A stretch of 35,813 nucleotides of DNA, filler included, from an uncultured virus (IMG/VR IMGVR_UViG_2061766007_001539) (lineage: Duplodnaviria > Heunggongvirae > Uroviricota > Caudoviricetes). It is 2 parts of one record of this genome, joined end to end, with 100 filler letters (N's around TTAATTAATTAA, not from the genome) between each part and the next. Parts side by side here need not be neighbours in the genome. Positions count along the whole stretch, not along the records: positions 18,965 to 35,813 come from IMGVR_UViG_2061766007_001539; 1 more part is not named here. One strand, given 5' to 3'. A model generated the notes under the pieces. That model searched no databases. It was not told where the DNA came from and saw only the letters and a program-made list of their open reading frames with translations. The stretch's first letter is position 1. Each line of letters opens with the position of its first letter. Position numbers and translations under genes: made by a program. This document shows positions 28,974-35,813 of this stretch, in pieces.

Positions 28974-29253
28974 TGGTTTCCTCCTTTCGGCTTTCATTGT
29001 CCCATACGGCTTTTAATTTTTCACGTAATACAAGGTTTTCAAGTTCTAAATCTTTAAGTCTCTGGTCACGGATCTTAGCTGCTTCCTTCTGCCTTTCACG
29101 GAAGCGCTTAAGTCTCGCGGCCGTTTTTTCTCTTTCGACGATCGGACGGCATTCGTCACAGTATTTTATCCTGATGTGACTGTACCAGTCCGCACGATCT
29201 ACCCACGAGATCGGCCGATAGCATCTTTCACAGCGCTTTATATCCGGCGTCAT
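28939..29253 (-). CDS. Phage protein with CxxC pairs and coiled coil
   Basis: CERC..KYCDEC; allele at about 33350-33645. Confidence 0.7.
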   Translation of the reverse strand: MTPDIKRCERCYRPISWVDRADWYSHIRIKYCDECRPIVEREKTAARLKRFRERQKEAAKIRDQRLKDLELENLVLREKLKAVWDNESRKEETNADSNNRAGDI

Positions 29254-29296
29254 TCCACTTCCNNNNNNNNNNAAAAACTGAAACCGTTACAGGGTC

Positions 29297-29493
29297 TCAG
29301 GAGATTTTCTTAATTCTGCTACGCAGGGAAGTGTTCAGATCATCTCGTTCGGAATTGAGCATTTCAAGCAAGAGCTCTGATGCCAGGTCTTCACCATTGA
29401 GTAAGAAATCATACTCACGGCCGCTCTCGAGTATCTTGACTGATACTGTCTTAGCAACCTTACCCGGTGAACAGCTTGTGATATCGGCGATCA
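29297..29493 (-). CDS. Small hypothetical protein
   Basis: Allele at 33781-33928. Confidence 0.6.
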
Positions 29494-29516
29494 TCTCACT
29501 GATTTCNNNNNNNNNN

Positions 29517-30021
29517 CTCGACCACACAATCACCGTCCTTGGTCATATAGACAAAGTCGGCGATATATTCGCACTTTCGCTCTAACAGTTTACCTGGTTT
29601 CTTTTCTCCTTTGTGCGGGCCGGCTTTGTAAAGTTCGTGACTTGGTTCGCGCTGTTCAGGTATAAGCATAAAGGCAACCTGTGTCCGGAGATTTCTAATC
29701 TCTCCGGCTTTCTGNNNNNNNNNNTTCGACCACACAATCGCCGTCTTTGGTCATGTAGACAAAGTCGGCGATGTATTCACATTTTCGCTCTAACAGTTTA
29801 CCTGGTTTCTTTTCTCCTTTGTGCGGACCGGCTTTATAAAGCTCGTGACTTGGTTCGCGCTGTTCAGGTATGAGCATAAAGGCAACCTGTGTCCGGAGAT
29901 TTCTAATCTCTCCGGCTTTCTGTAGGAGATACAGGTCTCTGTATCTCTGCATTTCGTGCTTTGAGTCAAAGGTAAGTCCGTCATACTGGCATTTCTTGTT
30001 TCCATATTTCGCTCTTTTCAT
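29517..30021 (-). CDS. Two further DUF1064 fragments (29517-29714; 29726-30021)
   Basis: KYGNKK..FDSKHE; near-identical to each other and to 24055-24318. Confidence 0.8.
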
Positions 30022-31057
30022 AATCCCTCCGACAGACGTTTCTCTGCTTTCCAGTAAAAGCATGATACCGTCTGTTTCATTTCGTTGATTTCCCGCTCGG
30101 ACAGCTTCACTGACAGCATCGTGATGACGTTATCAGCTATGTTTCGTGCCGTTTCCGCTTCTATCGGATTTCTTGCCACTGCCAGTTCGTGCAGCATTCT
30201 GTGATAATCGTCCATCAGCTTTTCTTTTTCTGCCATTCGTCGCCTTCCTCCTCTTCCGCATCTCGGCCATAACTTCCTGAAAACTCGGTTCCTGTCTGAG
30301 ATGTACCGGCCGCATTTCTTTCCTGTTTTTCTTTTTCTCTCGCATATTTCCTCCCGTCTTCAAATGCATCAGCAAGCATTTCCCTAAGAAGTTCCATGAT
30401 CGCGTTGTATATCTGGTAAAGCATAAATAAGCAAATGCCTATCAGAACCGCATAAAACACGATCATTCCCACCATAACTGCTTTTTCTGTCATGACTTCA
30501 CACTTTCATCCGTCGGCCGCATGAAGGGCAGAACTTTTCTTTGTTCATCGTTTTTCCGCCACATCCGCTGCATAAGTACCAGCCCGGCTCTGTGTAGTCG
30601 TCAAGCCACTCGCCTTCCCTGTACTCGTGAGTTTCATCCGGCCCGATACCTTCAGCCGCCTTCATTTCCGATATCAGATAATACATTGTCGTGATACCGT
30701 ACTTCTTGCGGATCATTCTCACCGTTTCTGCAAGAAGATCACTGACAACGATCTTGTCTTTATGCGACAATTCGTTATCCCTGTACCTGTTAAGCTCCCT
30801 TGCAAGGTTCTCGACCTCGGATTTAATCATGTTGAAATCAATTGACATTTTTCTCATTCCTCCTCAAAATCTCCCTTAAACATATCAAATATCTGCCACG
30901 CCGGATAGCCTGTCGCAAGCCGGAACTTGCAGGCACCATATCCGCCGTCAAGCTGCTTCTCAAACGGGCAGTGAAGGCAGTCAGTGTATGAATTGCACTG
31001 ATCAACCAGTATCTTCAGCACTGCCCTGATTTTCTCCACCTGCTCTTTCTCGGACAT
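30018..31057 (-). CDS. Four small early genes (30018-30236, 30215-30493, 30498-30857, 30854-31057)
   Basis: Syntenic with 1836-2605 and 24656-25373. Confidence 0.75.
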
Positions 31058-31185
31058 TTACATCAGCTCCTTGTCATCCTGCTTTTTTTTGATTTCACTA
31101 AGCATAATAAAAATATTCTCAGCAAGCCACAGGAGATATTTTTCCTTTGATTTCTGAGTAAGCGGCTCCATNNNNNNNNNNTGTT

Positions 31186-32037
31186 TTAATCATTATTCTT
31201 TCTTTTGTACCTGTAATTTCTGTTTGGATCCTGTTTGATCTGATAGCAGTAATTTTCGGACCGCTGTCTGATACGACCTGCTGTTGCTTCGTCCATGTTC
31301 CTGATAGCGTCAAGGTTCATTTCGGTCGATATGATCGTAGGTCTGTTACTCCTCGCCGTGTATCTGGCATTGATAACGTCGAATGCAATGTACGGATCTC
31401 TGTAGGTTTTCAGAAAGTCGTCAATGTAAAGGACCTCTGCAGAAACGATCTTACTGAAAAATTCGTCGTATTCTGCTTCTTTGAACTTAAGCGCTGTCAG
31501 CCTTCGTGCTATATCTCCCCACAGCATGTATTTAACTTCATGCCCCTGTGCAAGAAGATGTTTCGCAACTGCCGTGCATAAATGCGTTTTACCGCATCCG
31601 CTCTGGCCGCTGAGTACAAGCCATTCGCTTAAGTCAGACTTTGCATATTCCATGGCCTTGAATTTCATGTCTTTCTGCCACAGTTCAGTATCTTCAAAGT
31701 TCTGAAACGTAAAGCGCTTAAGCACCTCAGGGTTGATCCCTGACCGCTCCATCATCCTGTAACATTCACGCTTTCTTTTGCATTCACAGTCTTTGTAGGA
31801 AAGGAACCCGTGTTCGTTCATGAATGCTATCATACCCTTGTTTTTGCATATAGGGCAGTCGAAGTATTTGCTCTCTGCAGCTTCGGCATTAAGGAGATCG
31901 ATTTTTCTTAATTCCGATTCCATGTTTCTTTTCTGCCGGTCAGCTTCGTATTCTTCACTTGATACCTCGGTCATTCGCTGTGTTATTTCCTTAATGAACT
32001 GTTGGGTCGTTTTCGTCCCAGTATTGATTTCTGACAT
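31186..32037 (-). CDS. DnaC/IstB-like AAA+ helicase loader, allele 2
   Basis: CPIC.NKG..CEC, Walker A GQSGCGKT, VLYIDDFLK, TIISTE. Confidence 0.92.
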   Translation of the reverse strand: MSEINTGTKTTQQFIKEITQRMTEVSSEEYEADRQKRNMESELRKIDLLNAEAAESKYFDCPICKNKGMIAFMNEHGFLSYKDCECKRKRECYRMMERSGINPEVLKRFTFQNFEDTELWQKDMKFKAMEYAKSDLSEWLVLSGQSGCGKTHLCTAVAKHLLAQGHEVKYMLWGDIARRLTALKFKEAEYDEFFSKIVSAEVLYIDDFLKTYRDPYIAFDVINARYTARSNRPTIISTEMNLDAIRNMDEATAGRIRQRSENYCYQIKQDPNRNYRYKRKNND

Positions 32038-32767
32038 CGAAAGGATCACCTCTGTTTACATGTGTCAGGTCGTAATCATCGTTCCACGCTTCCTTACTGA
32101 AAAACGTGCTGCCGTGTTTTATATACTCTGTCTCGTTCTTTGCCTTAAGCCATGCATTATAATTCTCTATGCCTTGTCTTATCTGTTCGTTTGTCGTTCC
32201 GTTCTTTATTGCTGCCTTGTAATGCTTAAACGCATCTTTCTTTCCGACTTTTCTCGGATAGATCTTCCACAGCTCTTCAAAATCGCTTTCAAGCTCCGAT
32301 TCAGACTTTCTTTTTTTATTTTCTTTATCTGCTATATTATTATCTATATTATCTTCTATATTATTATGTGAACTTTGTTCACATCTGATATGAACTTTGT
32401 TCACCTCTGAATATGAACTTTGTTCACATCTGATATGAACTTTGTTCACATCTGAATTTTGTTCCTCGATACTCGGTCTGACCGCTCTGTACTTGCATTC
32501 ATAGCCTTTTTTGCAGGTGTTTTTTTCTCTGATCAGAAAACCTTTTTCTTCAAGCCTGTTAAGGATCTTGATTAATCCTCTTGTCGTGATGTTCGCCCAC
32601 CTTGCAATGTATGCCTGGCTTGCTGTACACCACTGGTTTTCTGTCTGAGAAAAACCCCATATAAGACCGTAGACTATGAGCTCACTTCCGGACAGCTCCA
32701 GTTCATTTATCATCCATCCGTCAATTGTAACGTGGTTGTCTGATCTGACAATTGTTTTCTTTTCCAT
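31991..32767 (-). CDS. Phage replication initiator, allele 2
   Basis: N-terminal wHTH, internal repeats, C-terminal FEELWKIYPRKVGKKDAF..YIKHGSTFF. Confidence 0.9.
   Translation of the reverse strand: MEKKTIVRSDNHVTIDGWMINELELSGSELIVYGLIWGFSQTENQWCTASQAYIARWANITTRGLIKILNRLEEKGFLIREKNTCKKGYECKYRAVRPSIEEQNSDVNKVHIRCEQSSYSEVNKVHIRCEQSSHNNIEDNIDNNIADKENKKRKSESELESDFEELWKIYPRKVGKKDAFKHYKAAIKNGTTNEQIRQGIENYNAWLKAKNETEYIKHGSTFFSKEAWNDDYDLTHVNRGDPFDVRNQYWDENDPTVH
32366..32455. repeat. Iterons (putative origin): 4x TGAACTTTGTTCA
   Basis: At 32369, 32391, 32414, 32436. Confidence 0.85.
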
Positions 32768-34020
32768 ATTCCCTATGCCCCTTATCAATTTTCTTTGTAT
32801 TCTGTTGGTAAAACTACTCTGAAAGCAAAGTCAGGCTCCCTTATTTCAACGAAATGACCTGTTGCCATAAGCTTAGTTATTGCGTAATCAAGATCATAGG
32901 CGTCAAAACTGTAAAATGCGACTAAAACACGTCTTAAACAATCGGTTGCATTTATTACGNNNNNNNNNNNNNNNNNNNNNNNNNNNNNNNNNNNNNNNNN
33001 NNNNNNNNNNNNNNNNNNNNNNNCGAGTTCGTTGATCATCCATCCAAATATAGTAAAATCGTTGTAATTGGTCATAAAAAATTCCTCCTAAAATATGCGT
33101 AAAACCTTGTATCCCCGTGAGTTTTATGATATANNNNNNNNNNNNNNNNNNNNNNNNNNNNNNNNNNNNNNNNNNNNNNNNNNNNNNNNNNNNNNNNNNN
33201 NNNNNNNNNNNNNNNNNNNNNNNNNNNNNNNNNNNNNNNNNTGCCATGCGTCGTGTTTCGTATTCCTCCGGAGTAAGTACCGGACGGATAAGGTTTATCG
33301 TTGTAGTGCCGCTCATAAGTTTCTGACGTGTAAACTGTTTGCCTTCACGTTCAAATGTCTCCGGCTCTGTTATCGCTGTCAGCATTGGTTTCCTCCTTTC
33401 GACTTTCATTGTCCCATACGGCTTTTAATTTTTCACGTAATACAAGGTTTTCNNNNNNNNNNNNNNNNNNNNNNNNNNNNNNNNNNNNNNNNNNNNNNNN
33501 NNNNNNNNNNNNNNNNNNNNNNNNNNNNNNNNNNNNNNNNNNNNNNNATCACAGTATTTAATCCTGATGTGACTGTACCAGTCCGCACGATCTACCCACG
33601 AGATAGGCCGATAGCATCTTTCACAGCGCTTTATATCCGGCGTCATTCCACTTCCNNNNNNNNNNNNNNNNNNNNNNNNNNNNNNNNNNNNNNNNNNNNN
33701 NNNNNNNNNNNNNNNNNNNNNNNNNNNNNNNNNNNNNNNNNNNNNNNNNNNNNNNNNNNNNNNNNNNNNNNNNNNNNNNNTTTCGGAATTGAGCATTTCA
33801 AGCATAAGCTCTGATGCCAGGTCTTCACCATTGAGTAAGAAATCATACTCACGGCCGCTTTCGAGTATCTTTACTGATACTGTCTTAGCCACCTTACCCG
33901 GTGAACAGCTTGTGATATCGGCGATCATCTCACTGATTTCNNNNNNNNNNNNNNNNNNNNNNNNNNNNNNNNNNNNNNNNNNNNNNNNNNNNNNNNNNNN
34001 NNNNNNNNNNNNNNNNNNNN

Positions 34021-34212
34021 ACCAATTATCTTTTCAGAGTCCTGTCGTATTCTTTCAAGTTTTGGTCTGGCTAAGCCGCTCAGTGCCATGCTCATTTCTG
34101 TAACAGTTACCTGATAGCCTAAGTCTCTGCTGTTGATCGTCTTAACAAGATCGACCTGTTTCTTACCAAGTTTCATAAGTTCAAGCCTGTACTCCATTAG
34201 ATCACGCTCCAT
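34021..34212 (-). CDS. Cro-like HTH protein (3' end in gap)
   Basis: First early gene, divergent from the repressor; KQVDLV...TEMSMALSG. Confidence 0.65.
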
Positions 34213-34268
34213 CCATTCATATCGAAAAAAGCTTTTTTTACATCTGACACATTTTTCGACCTCCCATC

Positions 34269-34365
34269 TTGTATTTTTTCAGTAAGAATGTTATAATAAA
34301 AACTGCTAATAAATAACTTGTTCATACTGTATTTTTATTATATCTCATACTTGTAAGAAAGTCAA
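34269..34365. promoter_or_regulatory. Genetic-switch promoters, face to face
   Basis: + TTGTAT-17-TATAAT 34269-34297; - TTGACT-17-TATAAT 34365-34337. Confidence 0.7.
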
Positions 34366-34462
34366 CGCCGAAAGAAGAATTTGTCTTATGTTTGTTGCAT
34401 ATTCCTAAAATACAGTATAAATCTATTTCACATTTGTAAACTATCCACAAAGGAGAGATTGT

Positions 34463-34822
34463 ATGTTTTGGGATCAGTTCATTAAACTCTGCGACGACAA
34501 CCACACCAGACCAAACCCAGTGGCAAAAGCGCTCGGCTATTCATCAGGCGTTGTTACGAAATGGAAAAACGGATCTCTGCCACAAACAGAGGCACTAATA
34601 AAAATCTCACAGTATTTCAAAGTGTCGCTCGATTATCTAATTAACGGTGAGAACTTTACTTCTGAGGTTGACACACAGCATGATCCGGATCAAATCATAA
34701 TTACAGATAAAAACGAACGTCTGCTTATTCAGAGTTTTCGTGAGCTTCATTATACAAGGCAGATACAATTTTTGTCTTCGTTGATTACCGAAGCAGAGAA
34801 TACCGAAAACTCACCAAAGTAA
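34463..34822 (+). CDS. CI-like XRE HTH repressor
   Basis: VAKALGYSSGVVTKWKNG..P....LIKISQYFKVSLDYL. Confidence 0.9.
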   Translation: MFWDQFIKLCDDNHTRPNPVAKALGYSSGVVTKWKNGSLPQTEALIKISQYFKVSLDYLINGENFTSEVDTQHDPDQIIITDKNERLLIQSFRELHYTRQIQFLSSLITEAENTENSPK

Positions 34823-35112
34823 GATTTCGTTATGAAACGAAATCTTATAAAACACACAAAAACCGTTTCCGTTACATCATCCCCTGAAACGGAAACTACC
34901 GTTTCAGTTATGAACGGAAACGGCAGAGATATCACCAAATATCAATAAATATCAACAGGACGGGCAGCTGAATTGCATGGTCAGTAGAATGTACGGAGAG
35001 TAGTACGATAGCCTGTCCTGCTGACTGTTATCAGTATATCATACTAAAACGGTCGGTTTAAAGAGATAAAAAGGTCAACTTTAGGTCAAAAATAGGATGA
35101 AAAGAGGTATTT

Positions 35113-35547
35113 ATGTTGCAGAAAAAGATAGCCGAGGTTATACGAAACCTGAAACGCGTCAGACAGGAGAACGGACTGACTATCAGTGAGATAGTAAATC
35201 TTTGCGAAAAGAACGGCGAAGCTGTATCAGAGACGACAATCAAGAAGGTTTTCTCGGACGGATCCGAGACGTTCGGTTTCAATTACGAGAATACACTTAA
35301 GCCGATAATTAATGCACTGCTTGGTGATCATGAGGAAACGGCCGAGACTGACATGATGATCAGCGTTGCACAGTACAAGGAAATCAAGATAAAGCATCTT
35401 GAAGAGCAGATGTCCCGTATGGAGGAATCATACAAGCGCCGCATTGAGTTTCTTAAGCAGCAGATAGAGATCAAGGATGACCGAATTGACAAGCGTGATG
35501 AAATGATATCTAAACTGATCGACTCAATAATCAAAGGAGAAGGATAA
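35113..35547 (+). CDS. HTH protein with C-terminal coiled coil
   Basis: LK.VRQENGLTISEI..VSETTIKKVFS; heptad-rich tail. Confidence 0.75.
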   Translation: MLQKKIAEVIRNLKRVRQENGLTISEIVNLCEKNGEAVSETTIKKVFSDGSETFGFNYENTLKPIINALLGDHEETAETDMMISVAQYKEIKIKHLEEQMSRMEESYKRRIEFLKQQIEIKDDRIDKRDEMISKLIDSIIKGEG

Positions 35548-35813
35548 ATGTTTGAACTTCCTGAATTAAAACCCGAGGAAATCTTAATATATCTCCGAAA
35601 AAGCCGGACCGACGACCCGGCTTTAACTGTGTCCGAAACACTTTCAAAGCACGAGCAGATGCTTGACGACTTCTGCCGCCGTACATGGGACGCACTCGTT
35701 CCGGAGCAGAACCGTTTTCGTGAAGTTGTGTCCGGTGAGACAATCGAAGCAAGACCGGAGATAAAAAAAGTCCTGCGTCTTATCGAGCAGGACAGGTACA
35801 AAGCTATTCTTAT
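35548..35813 (+). CDS. Serine recombinase (probable large serine integrase), 5' part
   Basis: Manual translation MFELPELKPEEILIYLRKSRTDD..EVVSGETIEARPEI; catalytic YLRKS; AAGGAG RBS. Confidence 0.92.
   Translation, partial: MFELPELKPEEILIYLRKSRTDDPALTVSETLSKHEQMLDDFCRRTWDALVPEQNRFREVVSGETIEARPEIKKVLRLIEQDRYKAIL

Larger units (their letters stand above)
1..35813. mobile_element. Prophage early/replication/lysogeny and accessory regions; mosaic scaffold of several related variants
   Basis: Serine integrase, divergent HTH pair, initiator + DnaC, DUF1064, dense small co-oriented ORFs; many genes present 2-4 times, separated by N gaps. Confidence 0.9.

Noticed and set aside
1..34212. Genuine giant inverted repeat or invertible segment
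   Set aside because: Arms are diverged, have more than two copies of some genes and are joined by gaps; scaffolding of variants is more parsimonious

Overview
Heavily gapped scaffold of temperate-phage (prophage) DNA, probably from a Clostridia/Bacillota host (inferred from RBS and promoter style and gene families). It is not one genome. Fragments of at least two, locally three or four, related phage variants are concatenated, with the early region on + at about 1-9.0 kb and again on - at about 19-34.2 kb. No structural or lysis genes are visible. Recognisable genes: large serine integrase (right edge), CI/Cro-like switch, two alternative initiator + DnaC replication modules with iterons, DUF1064, a PAPS-reductase-family gene, a C5 DNA methyltransferase-like gene and a possible RinA/ArpU-like activator. 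The centre (9-22 kb) is an accessory, anti-defence-like island (ArdA, LPD29-like protein, small acidic ORFs) with rich non-coding structure. It has two homologous but diverged 68-bp tandem arrays behind one shared hairpin/TATAAT leader, four back-to-back promoter-sRNA-terminator units, two ribbon-helix-helix regulator alleles each matched by its own operator palindrome, and a fixed-spacing CCCC-N7-AAA-N6-TTTA motif at gene boundaries. Both methyltransferase alleles are frameshifted identically at an (AG)n tract. All family calls are from motif recognition by eye; no searches were run, and linkage across N gaps is uncertain.
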